Shown here piece by piece: positions 43,345 to 53,329 of a DNA stretch of 64,000 nt (the first letter of the stretch is position 1; every line of letters starts with the position of its first letter). The notes under the pieces are model-generated. The model did not search any database, was not told the DNA's origin, and saw nothing but the letters and a program-made list of their open reading frames with translations. Origin of the DNA: Actinomycetes bacterium (lineage in GTDB: Bacteria > Actinomycetota > Acidimicrobiia > Acidimicrobiales > Acidimicrobilacustridaceae); assembly GCA_029782145.1 (NCBI GenBank), contig JAKOVH010000026.1, positions 491,389 through 555,388 of the forward strand. Reading direction: 5' to 3'. The translations under genes and the position numbers were made by a program.

Positions 43345-46300
43345 GCGGCGTGCTCCTCGGTGGTGTCCTCGGGCTGGTCGGTGAGCAGCTCGTCGGTGCG
43401 CAGGCCGAGGGCGGCCTGCAGCTGGGTGGGGTCGAGGTCGCCGAGCGAGCTCGACTTGGGCAGCACCAGGTCGGCGATGTGGCGCTTGCCGGCGACGACC
43501 TCCTCGACCCGTTCGTCGACGGTGCCCGGGCAGACCAGCCGGTGGGCGATGACGGTCTTGGTCTGGCCGATGCGCCACGCCCGGTCGCGGGCCTGGTCCT
43601 CCACGGCGGGGTTCCACCACCGGTCGTAGAGCACGACGTGGTTGGCGTTGGTGAGGTTGAGCCCGGTGCCCCCCGCCTTGAGCGACAGCACCAGCGCGCC
43701 CGGCCCGTCGACGGCCTGGAACTCGGCGATCAGCGCGTCGCGAGCCCCTCGCGAGAGCCCGCCGTGGTAGCAGCCGACGGGCAGGTCGAAGCGCTTGGTG
43801 AGGTGGTCGGCCAGCTTCTGGCCCCACTCCGCGAAGTGGGTGAACACCAGCACCCGCTCACCGGCGGCGTAGACCTGCTCGATGATCTCCTCGAGGCGGG
43901 CCAGCTTGCCCGACCGTCCTTCCAGCGGCCCGTCGTCGTCGCGGTAGGCGACGGGGTGGTTGCAGATCTGCTTGAGGGCGGTGATGGCGGCCAGCACCTG
44001 GCCCTTGCGGGAGTCGGCGCCGGCCTCGGTGGCCACGCCGGTGACGAGGCTGTCGAGCACCGCCTGGTAGAGCCCGATCTGCTCGGGCGTCATGGCGCAG
44101 TGGTCGAGCTCGTCGATGCGGTCGGGCAGCTCGGCGGCGATGGCCGGCTCGTTCTTGGTGCGCCGGAACACGAGGATGCCGTTGAGCGCCCGCAACGCCG
44201 ACTCGCCCTGCGCCCGGGCGCCCTCGCCGCCGCCCGACAGCGAGGCGATGAACTGCGGCCGCGGCCCCACCAGCCCCGGGTTGGTGAAGTCGAGGATCGC
44301 CCACAGGTCGCCGAGGCCGTTCTCGATGGGTGTGCCGGTGAGGGCGAGGCGGCTGTGGGCGTTCAGCCGGCGCAGCTGCTGGGCGGTGTCGTTCGCCGGG
44401 TTCTTGATGGCCTGGGCCTCGTCGAGCACCACCCGGCCCCACTCGATCTTCTCGAGGGCGTCGATGTCGCGCACGGCGGTGGCGTAGGTGGTGATCAGCA
44501 CGTCGGCCCGGGCGGCCTCGTCGGCGATCTCGTCCTCGTCGGCTCGCGCCGCGCCGTGGTGGACGAGCACGCGCAGACCCGGCGTGAACTTGTGGGCCTC
44601 GGACGCCCAGTTCCCCACCACGGCCGGCGGGGCGATCACCAGCGTGGGGGAGTCGCCGCCGGCCGACACCAGGTGGGAGAGGATCGTCGGGGTCTTGCCC
44701 AGGCCCATGTCGAGGGCGAGGCAGCCCCCGAGCCCGGTGGTGTCGAGGAACCGCAGCCACGACAGCGCCTCGGCCTGGTAGCTGCGGAGGTCGCCCTCGA
44801 AGCCGTCTGGCGTGGAGGCGGCCGCCAGCGACGCGGTGGAGGCCTTGGCCAGCAGGTCGGCCGCCCACCCGGACCCCTCGATGCTGACGCCGCCGGCCAG
44901 CGGGGTGCCGTCGAGCCCGAGGGCCTGGCGCAGCATCTCCGCCCCGGTCATCTGGGGCTTCTTGGCCCGCTCGGCCAGCGCCTCGGCGGCGGCCGCCAGG
45001 TCGGCGTGGTCGAGCGCCACCCAGCGCCCGCCCGAGCGCACCAACGGCCGTGCTTCCTTGGCCAGCCGGGCGATGTCGGCCGCGGTGAGCTCGATGTCGT
45101 CGAACACCGCGGTCCAGCTCACGTTGGCCAGCTGGTGGGCGCCCACGACGGAGTCGCCGGTGTCGGAGAACATGCGCAGCGACGGGGTCGGCTTCCTGCG
45201 GGACAGCGCCGGCACCCGCACGTCGAAGCCGGCGTCGGCGAGCACCACGCCGATGTCGGTCATCAGCTCCCAGGCCTCGACCTGGCTCAGCACGACCTCG
45301 CCGCGACGCAGGCTGCCGGGGCGCTGCAGCGGCGGGTAGAGGCGCTCCAGGCGCACCAGGTTGCCCTCGAGCTCCCGGCGCTGGTTGCCCGCGTTGACGA
45401 GGGCGACCTCGACGGGCACCAGCTGGTGGCCCTTGCCCGGCGCGAACACCGCGAGGTGCCAGGCATCGCCCGAGTCTGGCGGGTCGAGCTGCACGATGAG
45501 CGGTCGGTAGCCCTTGGCCGTCACCGGCGCCGCCCAGCGCTCGAGCGCGCTGGTGAGCTCGCCGGCGATGCCGGCCGGCACGTCGAACGGCGTGCCGTCG
45601 AGCCGGGCCAGGAAGGCCTCGGCCGTGGCGGCGGGGGTGCGGGGGTCGTCGGGGGCGGCGGGCACCTCGACCTGGCGGGCCGCGCTGTGGGCGATGACGT
45701 CGACCACCTCGGCCAGCACCGAGCGGGTCATGGTGGGGCCGTCGACGGAGGGCGAGAGGGCGGCCACCGCACCCGGCATGGCCTCGGCGACCACCTTGAG
45801 GCGCTCGGCGTCGATGAGCGCCGGGGTCCAGGCCACCCCGAACGACGAGCGGCTCTGGCCCTTGCGGCCGGTGCGGGCCCGCCGCAGGGTGGGGGCCATC
45901 GCGCCGCGGGCCATCAGCTCGACCGCCCAGGCCGCCACCAGGGCCAGCCAGTGCACGCTCGGCCCGAGCTCGTCGGGGTCGACCTCGGCGCCGACGCCCA
46001 GCAGCCAGCCCAGCACGTCGGCCGTCGAGGCCTCGAGCGCGAGCGCCTTGTCGCCGTTGGGGAGCGGCACCGGCGCCCGGGACGACCAGACGTCGTCGGG
46101 GGCGTTGGTGGCCGACAGGGCCGCCTCGAGCTGCCCCGTCGTGGTGGGCGGGGCGTCGGGGCCCCCGAGCCACGCGACCAGGCGACCGGACACCCAGGAC
46201 AGCTGCAGCACGTTGACTGGCGCCGGCTCACCTGGCTCGGGCTCCACGCCGAGGAGGCGGTCGAGGGCGATCTCGAGCATGCGCTGCTCGTGCTCCAGGT

Positions 46301-46715
46301 CGGCGATCACCTGGTGGTCGTCGGCCCGGCGGTGCGCCCGCAACCGGTCGAGGGCGTCGTCGGTCTCGGTCAGGCGGTCGACGAGCTCCCGCTGCCAGGC
46401 GCCCTTGTGCGCCTCGAGCACGGCGAGGTCCTGCGGCGAGGCTTCGCCCCACGCCTCGGCCTCGACGAGGCTGGCGAAGAGCGGGCTGTCCACGTCGACG
46501 GCGGGTACGGCCGCTGCGTCGAGCGCGTCGGGCGCGTCGGGCGCGGGTGGTTCCTCGCCGCTCGCAGGCTCGGCGGTGCTGGTCTGGTCGTCGGGCACGT
46601 GGGTCCTCTTGGTGCACTGCGGCGTCGGGACGGGCGGGGCCTCGTCGTCGAACTGGGTGGTGCGGCCGGTCCCCTCTCCGGCAGTGGTGGTGCTCGGCCC
46701 TGGTGCGTCGCTCAC
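43341..46715 (-). CDS. SNF2-family helicase with about 600-aa N-terminal extension (bacterial SNF2-associated region)
   Basis: SNF2 ATPase motifs (LALDMGLGKTPT, DEAQAIKNP) and a helicase C-terminal domain (motif VI QARDRAWRIGQ). 1124 aa. Confidence 0.9.
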   Translation of the reverse strand: MSDAPGPSTTTAGEGTGRTTQFDDEAPPVPTPQCTKRTHVPDDQTSTAEPASGEEPPAPDAPDALDAAAVPAVDVDSPLFASLVEAEAWGEASPQDLAVLEAHKGAWQRELVDRLTETDDALDRLRAHRRADDHQVIADLEHEQRMLEIALDRLLGVEPEPGEPAPVNVLQLSWVSGRLVAWLGGPDAPPTTTGQLEAALSATNAPDDVWSSRAPVPLPNGDKALALEASTADVLGWLLGVGAEVDPDELGPSVHWLALVAAWAVELMARGAMAPTLRRARTGRKGQSRSSFGVAWTPALIDAERLKVVAEAMPGAVAALSPSVDGPTMTRSVLAEVVDVIAHSAARQVEVPAAPDDPRTPAATAEAFLARLDGTPFDVPAGIAGELTSALERWAAPVTAKGYRPLIVQLDPPDSGDAWHLAVFAPGKGHQLVPVEVALVNAGNQRRELEGNLVRLERLYPPLQRPGSLRRGEVVLSQVEAWELMTDIGVVLADAGFDVRVPALSRRKPTPSLRMFSDTGDSVVGAHQLANVSWTAVFDDIELTAADIARLAKEARPLVRSGGRWVALDHADLAAAAEALAERAKKPQMTGAEMLRQALGLDGTPLAGGVSIEGSGWAADLLAKASTASLAAASTPDGFEGDLRSYQAEALSWLRFLDTTGLGGCLALDMGLGKTPTILSHLVSAGGDSPTLVIAPPAVVGNWASEAHKFTPGLRVLVHHGAARADEDEIADEAARADVLITTYATAVRDIDALEKIEWGRVVLDEAQAIKNPANDTAQQLRRLNAHSRLALTGTPIENGLGDLWAILDFTNPGLVGPRPQFIASLSGGGEGARAQGESALRALNGILVFRRTKNEPAIAAELPDRIDELDHCAMTPEQIGLYQAVLDSLVTGVATEAGADSRKGQVLAAITALKQICNHPVAYRDDDGPLEGRSGKLARLEEIIEQVYAAGERVLVFTHFAEWGQKLADHLTKRFDLPVGCYHGGLSRGARDALIAEFQAVDGPGALVLSLKAGGTGLNLTNANHVVLYDRWWNPAVEDQARDRAWRIGQTKTVIAHRLVCPGTVDERVEEVVAGKRHIADLVLPKSSSLGDLDPTQLQAALGLRTDELLTDQPEDTTEEHAA

Positions 46716-46915
46716 GTGACGATCGGCCGGGCGTGCCGCACGGCTCCCGGGCGGGGCGGGGGACCGCCACCCGGAGCGTGATCCGGCCCACCCGTGCGCC
46801 GGGCAGCCGGTTCACCCGCACTGGGTTCCTCGCGGTGCGAGCCCCCCAGTGGCCTTCACCCTACCGCTCGCGGGGTCCGATGCCGCACATCCCCCGGTCG
46901 GGGCAGGCCCCGAGG

Positions 46916-47980
46916 TCAGGGGCGATCCGCCGGCACCACCGCCACCTCGCTGGCCTTGAGCGACGCCCACACCTGCTCGTCGTGGTGCAGGTCGAGCGCC
47001 TCGAGCCCGGCCGGGGTGAGCTCGGCGACGAGGTCGACGGGCCCGCGCAGGCGCACCCGGACGCGCTCGCCGTGCCGGTCGATGTCGAGCACGGTCATGT
47101 CCCAGACGTTGCGGGCGCTGCCCTCGGGACGGCGACGGTGCAGCGCGATGGCGCTGGGACGGACGGCCGCGAACGCCGGGCCGTCGGGGGTGTCGCCGGG
47201 CACGACGAGGTCGGCGCCGCCGTCGGCCCGCAGGACGCCGCCCACGACGGTGCCGGCCACCAGGTTGGTGCCCACCAGCTCGGCCACGTAGCGCGACCGG
47301 GGATGGGCGGTCACCTCGGTGAGCGGGCCCTGCTGGGTGACGCGGCCCTCCTCGAGCACCACGACCCGGTCGGCCAGCGCGTAGGCGTCGACCGGGTCGT
47401 GGGTGATCACCACGGTGGCGGCACCCGGGCGGGCCAGCCACCGGCGCAGGTCGCGGCGCACCTCGACCCGGGTGCCGGCGTCGAGCGCGGCGAGGGGCTC
47501 GTCGAGCAGCAGGAGCCCGGGTTCGGTGGTCAGCGCCCGAGCGAGCGCGACGCGCTGGGCCTGGCCGCCCGAGAGCTCGCGCGGCCGGCGCCGGGCGAGC
47601 GGCCCGAGCCCCATGCGGTCGAGCCACGAGGCCGCCTCGGCCCGCGCCTCAGCGCGCGGACGCCCCCGCGCCCGCAGTCCGAAGGCCACGTTCTCCAGCG
47701 CGGTGAGGTTCGAGAAGAGCAGGTAGTCCTGGAACACCACTCCGACCGAGCGGTGCTCGGGCTCGACGAAGACGTCGGCATCGGGATCGTCGACCACCAC
47801 GTCGCCGATCTCGATCCGGCCCTCGTCGAGGGCGAGCAGGCCGGCCAGCGCCCGCAGCAGCGTGGTCTTCCCTGCGCCGTTGGGGCCGAGCACGGCGACC
47901 ACCTCGCCGGCGCGGACCTGCACCTCGGCGCGCAGCTCGAGCTCGCCCAGGCGCACCCCGACGTCGGCTCGCAGGCTCAT
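46916..47980 (-). CDS. modC: Molybdate ABC transporter ATP-binding protein ModC (with C-terminal TOBE domain)
   Basis: GPNGAGKTT, LSGGQAQR and LLLDEP motifs plus a C-terminal MOP/TOBE region. Lies in a modABC context. Confidence 0.85.
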   Translation of the reverse strand: MSLRADVGVRLGELELRAEVQVRAGEVVAVLGPNGAGKTTLLRALAGLLALDEGRIEIGDVVVDDPDADVFVEPEHRSVGVVFQDYLLFSNLTALENVAFGLRARGRPRAEARAEAASWLDRMGLGPLARRRPRELSGGQAQRVALARALTTEPGLLLLDEPLAALDAGTRVEVRRDLRRWLARPGAATVVITHDPVDAYALADRVVVLEEGRVTQQGPLTEVTAHPRSRYVAELVGTNLVAGTVVGGVLRADGGADLVVPGDTPDGPAFAAVRPSAIALHRRRPEGSARNVWDMTVLDIDRHGERVRVRLRGPVDLVAELTPAGLEALDLHHDEQVWASLKASEVAVVPADRP

Positions 47981-48843
47981 CGCAGCGTGCCGGGGTCGCC
48001 GCCGAGCCAGCGGTCGCGCAGCCCGACCAGCACGCCGAACGAGACGGTGATGAGCACCAGGGACAGCACGAGGGCCTGGCCGGTGTCGCTCTCGAGGGCC
48101 AGGTACACGGCGAGGGGCATGGTCTGGGTGCGGCCGGGGAGGTTGCCGGCGAAGGTGATGGTCGCGCCGAACTCACCGAGGGCTCGGGCCCAGGCCAGCA
48201 CGGCACCGGCGACGAGAGCCGGTCGGATGGCCGGCACGGTCACCCGCCGGAACGCGTACCAGCGGCTGGCGCCCAGCGTCCGGGCGGCCTCCTCGGGGCG
48301 GCGGTCGAGGCCCCGCAGCGCCGCCTCGACGGTGAGCACCAGGAACGGCATCGACACGAACGTCTCGGCCATGATCACGCCCTTGGTCGTGAACGCGAAC
48401 CGCACGTCGAACCAGTCGTAGAGCGGGCCGCCGACCATGCCCCGCCGGCCGAAGGCGGCGAACAGGGCGACGCCGCCGACGACGGGTGGCAGCACCATCG
48501 ACAGCACGCAGAGGGCCCGGACGATGCCCCGGCCGGGGAAGCCGACCCGGCCGAGGATCCAGGCGAGGGGCACGCCGAGCACCACCGAGATGGCGGTGGC
48601 CGAGAGCGAGCACACGAGCGACAGCCGCAGCGCGTCGAGCGACGACCGCTGGGTCAGCAGGCCCCAGGCGTCACCCCAGGGCACCCGCCAGAGCAGCCCG
48701 AGGAAGGGCAGGGCGAAGAACACCACGGCGACCGCGGCGAGTGCGGCGACCGGCCACGGCGGCCGGTCGCTCGGGCCGCGACGCCGCTGGCGTCGTGGGC
48801 GCCCAGCAGGCCGGGCAGTGCTCGACCGGCCCGGTGAGGTCAC
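47977..48843 (-). CDS. modB: Molybdate ABC transporter permease ModB
   Basis: ABC transmembrane EAA loop. The GTG start overlaps the modA stop as GTGA; the ORF is open up to 48909. Confidence 0.8.
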   Translation of the reverse strand: MTSPGRSSTARPAGRPRRQRRRGPSDRPPWPVAALAAVAVVFFALPFLGLLWRVPWGDAWGLLTQRSSLDALRLSLVCSLSATAISVVLGVPLAWILGRVGFPGRGIVRALCVLSMVLPPVVGGVALFAAFGRRGMVGGPLYDWFDVRFAFTTKGVIMAETFVSMPFLVLTVEAALRGLDRRPEEAARTLGASRWYAFRRVTVPAIRPALVAGAVLAWARALGEFGATITFAGNLPGRTQTMPLAVYLALESDTGQALVLSLVLITVSFGVLVGLRDRWLGGDPGTLR

Positions 48844-49688
48844 GCCGGGCCGAAGCCGTACGTGGCCAGGATGGCCTGGCCCTCGCTCCCGGTGACGAAG
48901 GCGGCCCACGCGGCGGCGCCCTCGGGGTTGGCGGCCTCGGTCGTCACGCCGAGAGGGTAGGTCGCCACGACGTTCACGTCGGCGGCGATCGCCACGCCCT
49001 CGGCCCTGGTGCCGGCGGCCTTCACGTCGCTGCCGTAGACGATCCCGGCGTCGGCCTCACCGGAGGTCACCTTGGTGACGACGGCCTTCACGTCGGCCTC
49101 GAAGCTGCTGGGGGTGGGCGCTGCGACGCCGGCGTTGTCGAACACCTGGGCCGCGTACGTGCCGATGGGCACCTCCGGGCCGCAGGTCACGTAGACCACG
49201 CCGGACCGGCCGAGGTCGGCCAGGCCGGTGATGCCCTTGGGGTTGCCGGGCGCCACGATGATCTCGAGCGAGTTGGTGGCGAACGTCGTGGGCGAGCCGA
49301 CGATGCCGCCCGCGTCGACGACCTTCTGCATGTTGGCGGTGTCGGCCGAGGCGAACACGTCGGCCGGGGCGCCCTCGCCGATCTGCCGGGCGAGCGCCGA
49401 CGAGGCCCCGAAGTTCAAGGTGACGTCGGCCTCGGGGTTCGCCCTCTCGAACGCGGCGGCGGCCTCGGTGAAGGCCTCCTTGAGCGACGCCGCCGCGAAC
49501 ACCGTGATCGTGCCGCTGGCCTGTGCCGCCGGCGCCCTGGTGGTCGACGACGAGCCCGTCGAGGAGTCCGAGCCGCACCCGGCCAGCACGCCGAGCGTGG
49601 CGACGAGAGCGACCACGATGAGCGCGGCTCGTCGCCGGCCCGCTCGTCGGGCGGGGTCCGAGCGGAGGGCAGCGGAGGTGCTCGCCAT
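48840..49688 (-). CDS. modA: Molybdate-binding periplasmic lipoprotein ModA
   Basis: Lipobox LAGCGS, then a ModA fold (ITVFAAASLKEAF, NFGASS). ATG placed by codon count from the stop. Confidence 0.85.
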   Translation of the reverse strand: MASTSAALRSDPARRAGRRRAALIVVALVATLGVLAGCGSDSSTGSSSTTRAPAAQASGTITVFAAASLKEAFTEAAAAFERANPEADVTLNFGASSALARQIGEGAPADVFASADTANMQKVVDAGGIVGSPTTFATNSLEIIVAPGNPKGITGLADLGRSGVVYVTCGPEVPIGTYAAQVFDNAGVAAPTPSSFEADVKAVVTKVTSGEADAGIVYGSDVKAAGTRAEGVAIAADVNVVATYPLGVTTEAANPEGAAAWAAFVTGSEGQAILATYGFGPA

Positions 49689-49769
49689 GGCCAGCAGAGT
49701 AGTCAGCAAGTGACTACGTGGTCGGCAGGAGCGGGCGACCGTCGGGTGGGCGGTCGGTACGCTCGCCCG

Positions 49770-50300
49770 GTGCCCCGCACGGACGCCGCCCTGGCCGAGG
49801 CCGTCTGCCTCGCCCTGATCGCCGAGGGGCCCACCCACGGCTGGGCCGTGGCCGCCCTGCTCGCCCCGGAGGCCGAGATCGGCCGCATCTGGAGCCTGTC
49901 GCGCCCGCTGACCTACCGGGCCGTCGATCAGCTGGTGGCGGGCGGCCTGGTGGCCCGCAAGGGCAGCGAGCCGGGGAAGGGCCGGCAACGGACGATCCTC
50001 GCCGTCACGGCCTCCGGGCGGCGCCGTGCCCGGCGCTGGCTCGACGCCCCGGTCGCCCACCTGCGCGACGTGCGCACCGAGCTGCTGGTGAAGCTGGAGC
50101 TCCGTCGCCGCGCCGGGTTGCCGCTCGCGCCGCTGCTCGATGCCCAGCAGGCCGTCTTCGCCCCCATGATCGACCGGCTGGCCGAGCAGGCCGGCCACGA
50201 CCCGGACCTGGTCGCTCTCTGGCGCCGCGAGAGCGCGGCGGCCGTCACCCGCTTCCTCGGCGCCGCGCTGGCCGGCGAGAGCGACGGGCCGACGAGGTGA
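49770..50300 (+). CDS. PadR-family transcriptional regulator
   Basis: Winged HTH (CLALIAEGPTHGWAV ... LTYRAVDQLVAGGLV). The GTG start is in-frame inside a long artefactual ORF. Confidence 0.75.
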   Translation: MPRTDAALAEAVCLALIAEGPTHGWAVAALLAPEAEIGRIWSLSRPLTYRAVDQLVAGGLVARKGSEPGKGRQRTILAVTASGRRRARRWLDAPVAHLRDVRTELLVKLELRRRAGLPLAPLLDAQQAVFAPMIDRLAEQAGHDPDLVALWRRESAAAVTRFLGAALAGESDGPTR

Positions 50301-51622
50301 GCGCCCTCGACCACAGCGGGTTCGCGTCCCTGCGCATCCGCAACTTCCGGCTGTACCTCACCGGCCAGTCGATCTCCCAGGCCGGCACGTGGATGCAGAC
50401 CGTGGCGCTGGGGTGGCTCGTGCTGAAGCTCACCGGCAGCGGCAGCCTGCTCGGCCTCGTCACCGCCGCGCAGTTCGTGCCGGCGCTGCTGTTCGGGCCC
50501 TACGCCGGCGCCCTGTCCGACCGGCGCAGCCGCTGGCACATCCTGATGCTCACCCAGGTGCTGGCCGGCCTGCTGGCCGGCCTGCTCGCGGTGCTGGTCT
50601 CCACCGATGTCGTCGGTGTGTGGAGCCTGTTCGTCCTCGCCGCGTTGATCGGCACGGTCAACGCCTTCGACGTGCCGATCCGCTCCTCGTTCGTCTACGA
50701 GATGGTGGGACCCGACGAGATCACCGGCGCCGTCGGCGTGGGCAGCACCGTGAACAACGTCTCGCGCATCGTCGGCCCGGCGGTGGCCGGAGGGCTCATC
50801 GCCGGGCTGGGCCTGGCCTCGTGCTTCTACGTGAACGCCCTGAGCTACGTGGTGTGCGTCACCACGTTCTCGATGATGCGCCGGCGCGACTTCGTGCCCA
50901 AGAAGCAGCCCGAGGAAGGATCCGGCAACGTCCGCGAGGGCGTGCGGGTGGTGTGGGCCGACCCCCGCCTGCGCACACCGCTGCTCATGTCGCTCGTGAT
51001 CGGCGCCCTCGCCTACGAGAACCAGATCTCCCTGCCGCTGCTGGCCAAGTACGCGTTCGGCGGCGACGCCGGCAGCTACGGCTTCCTCTCCTCCGCCATG
51101 GGGGTCGGGTCGGTGCTGGGCGGGCTCGTCGTCGCCCGCAGCGGCCGAGCCAGCCACCGGCGGGTGGGCTACGCCGCGCTGTTCCTCGGGGTGGCGATGC
51201 TCGCCGCCAGCGCCATGCCGTCGATGGGCACGGTGATCGCGGCCATGGTCGTCGTGGGTGCCGGCAGCGTCGCCTTCATCACCATGACCTCGGCCACGCT
51301 GCAGCTCACCGCGCCCGTCGAGATGCGGGGCCGGGTGCTGGCGCTGTACGTCACCGCGCTGCTCGGCACCACCCCGATCGGCGGCCCCGTCATCGGCTGG
51401 ATCGGCCAGGTGGTCGGCCCCCGCGCCACCTACGTCACCGGTGGGGTGGCGTGCGTGGTGACCGCCGCGGTGGCGTGGCGGTCGCTGGCTCGCGCCCACG
51501 AGCAGGCGGTGTCGGAGGAGGAGGCGACCGCCATCGAGGCCCGCGCGGTCCGCGAGGGCGAGGAGGTGGAGGCTGACTCGGCCAGCGCCATGCCGGTGAA
51601 CCTGCCCGCCGACGAGCACTGA
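50297..51622 (+). CDS. MFS transporter
   Basis: 12-TM architecture and the MFS motif (GALSDRRSR). GTG overlaps the PadR stop as GTGA. Confidence 0.85.
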   Translation: MSALDHSGFASLRIRNFRLYLTGQSISQAGTWMQTVALGWLVLKLTGSGSLLGLVTAAQFVPALLFGPYAGALSDRRSRWHILMLTQVLAGLLAGLLAVLVSTDVVGVWSLFVLAALIGTVNAFDVPIRSSFVYEMVGPDEITGAVGVGSTVNNVSRIVGPAVAGGLIAGLGLASCFYVNALSYVVCVTTFSMMRRRDFVPKKQPEEGSGNVREGVRVVWADPRLRTPLLMSLVIGALAYENQISLPLLAKYAFGGDAGSYGFLSSAMGVGSVLGGLVVARSGRASHRRVGYAALFLGVAMLAASAMPSMGTVIAAMVVVGAGSVAFITMTSATLQLTAPVEMRGRVLALYVTALLGTTPIGGPVIGWIGQVVGPRATYVTGGVACVVTAAVAWRSLARAHEQAVSEEEATAIEARAVREGEEVEADSASAMPVNLPADEH

Positions 51623-51650
51623 TCCGCCTCACGGCTGGGGCGCACTCGGG

Positions 51651-52499
51651 TCAGGTGGTGGCCAAGAGGATGCCCTCGCCACCCGAGGCGGTGAGGCCGT
51701 CGGGCCGCCCGGCGAGGTAGCGCTCGGCCACCTCCTCCGTGGGCACGTAGCGGGCCGCGGCGAAGCCGGCCTCGAGGGCGAGGCCGACGATCTCGTCGGC
51801 GGTGTAGAAGCTGATCCACGGCGTGCCCGAGGCTGCCGCACCCCGGGCGGCTCCCTCGAGGCCGGGCCGGTCGGCGGCGTCGAGCAGCTCGAGCGGCAGC
51901 ATGGCGGTCATGGCCACGGTCGAGCCGGGCGCGAGGGTGGCGAGTCGCCGCAGCGTGGCCTCGGTGGCCGCCTTGGTGATGTACATCGACACCCCGCTCG
52001 AGGACACAACCGTCGGCACGGACGGATCGAGGCCGGCCTCGAGCAGGGCGGCCCACCAGTCGTCGTCGGCCTCGAAGTCGACCGGCACCAGCCTCAAGTG
52101 GTCGGGCACGCCGAGGCCGAGCGCCAGGAGCCGCTGGCGCTTCCAGGCCTGTGGGGCGGGCCGGTCCACCTCGAAGACGGTGACCGTGCCGGCCAGCTCG
52201 GCGTGGCGCTGGGCGAAGGTGTCGAGCCCGGCGCCGAGCAGCACGTACTGGGTGATGCCGCCGTGGACGACGAGGTCCTCGACGTAGCGGGTGCGGGCGA
52301 CGATGGCGGCCCGGAACGGCGCGGTGCCGAGCGGCTGCATGTCACCACGCCGCTCCCACCCCGGCTCGGGGTCGGCCAGGGCGAGGCCGAGCTCGTCGAC
52401 GAGCACGTGCGGTTCGCTGTCGAGCTGCACGTGCAGAGCCCGCCACAGGGCGGTGCGCACGGCGCTGCTGTCGGGCTGGGCGGCAGGCTCGGTGCTCAA
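51651..52499 (-). CDS. Class I SAM-dependent O-methyltransferase (TIGR00027 / LCM-like family)
   Basis: LLGAGLDT motif and the family N-terminal SSAVRTAL region. TTG 52499 overlaps the permease stop as TTGA. Alternative starts are GTG 52580 and GTG 52460. Confidence 0.65.
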   Translation of the reverse strand: MSTEPAAQPDSSAVRTALWRALHVQLDSEPHVLVDELGLALADPEPGWERRGDMQPLGTAPFRAAIVARTRYVEDLVVHGGITQYVLLGAGLDTFAQRHAELAGTVTVFEVDRPAPQAWKRQRLLALGLGVPDHLRLVPVDFEADDDWWAALLEAGLDPSVPTVVSSSGVSMYITKAATEATLRRLATLAPGSTVAMTAMLPLELLDAADRPGLEGAARGAAASGTPWISFYTADEIVGLALEAGFAAARYVPTEEVAERYLAGRPDGLTASGGEGILLATT

Positions 52500-53329
52500 C
52501 GGCTCGTGCGGGAGTACTTCCGGGCGGCCAGGAACGAGAACACCACGGTGATGCCGATGGCCCAGGCGATGGCGATCCACAGGTCGGCGCCGGGGTCGCT
52601 ACCGGTGTAGAGCGCCCGTGCCGCGTTCGTGAGCTTGGTGAACGGGTTCCAGTCGGCGAAGGTCTGCAGCCACTGCGGCATCGAGGCGGTCGACACGAAG
52701 GCGGACGACACGAACGTCAGCGGGAACATCCAGATGAACCCGGCCGAGTTGGCCGCCTCGACGGACTTCACCGACAGCCCGATCAGGGCCTGCACCCACG
52801 AGAAGGCGTAGCTGAAGCCGAGCAGCAGGAGGGTGGCCCCGATGGCGGCGCTGATCGAGCCGCCGATCCGGAACCCGACGATGTAGCCCACGATGAACAT
52901 CACCACGAAGGTGAAGATGTTCCGGCAGATGTCCGAGAGGGTGCGGCCCACGAGCACCGACGGCTGGTACATGGGCAGCGACCGGAGGCGGTCGATGATG
53001 CCCTTCGTCATGTCCTCGGCCACCCCGATGCCGGTGAAGGCGGAGCCGAACAGCACGGTCTGGGCGAACACGCCGGGCATGAGGTACTGGGTGTAGCTGT
53101 CGTAGCCGGGGACGTCGATGGCGCCGCCGAACACGTAGTTGAACAGCAGCACGAACATGATCGGCTGGATCGTGGCGAAGATCAGCAGGTCGGGGTTGCG
53201 GGGCACGGCGCGCAGGTGGCGCAGGGCCTCCGTCCAGCTGTCGCGCCACACCCACACGAGGCCGCGCGGCACCTCGCGTTGCGGAGGGGGCGCCAGCTCG
53301 TCGGCGGCCGCCCGAGCGGTCGTCGTCAT
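52496..53329 (-). CDS. ABC-2 type transporter permease (DrrB-like)
   Basis: Six TM segments, 277 aa. ATGA overlap with the upstream ATPase. Confidence 0.85.
   Translation of the reverse strand: MTTTARAAADELAPPPQREVPRGLVWVWRDSWTEALRHLRAVPRNPDLLIFATIQPIMFVLLFNYVFGGAIDVPGYDSYTQYLMPGVFAQTVLFGSAFTGIGVAEDMTKGIIDRLRSLPMYQPSVLVGRTLSDICRNIFTFVVMFIVGYIVGFRIGGSISAAIGATLLLLGFSYAFSWVQALIGLSVKSVEAANSAGFIWMFPLTFVSSAFVSTASMPQWLQTFADWNPFTKLTNAARALYTGSDPGADLWIAIAWAIGITVVFSFLAARKYSRTSR

Noticed and set aside
43350-46781. 1143-aa plus-strand ORF opposite the SNF2 helicase
   Set aside because: The helicase motifs are unambiguous on the minus strand. The plus-strand translation is low-complexity (LGG/VGD repeats).
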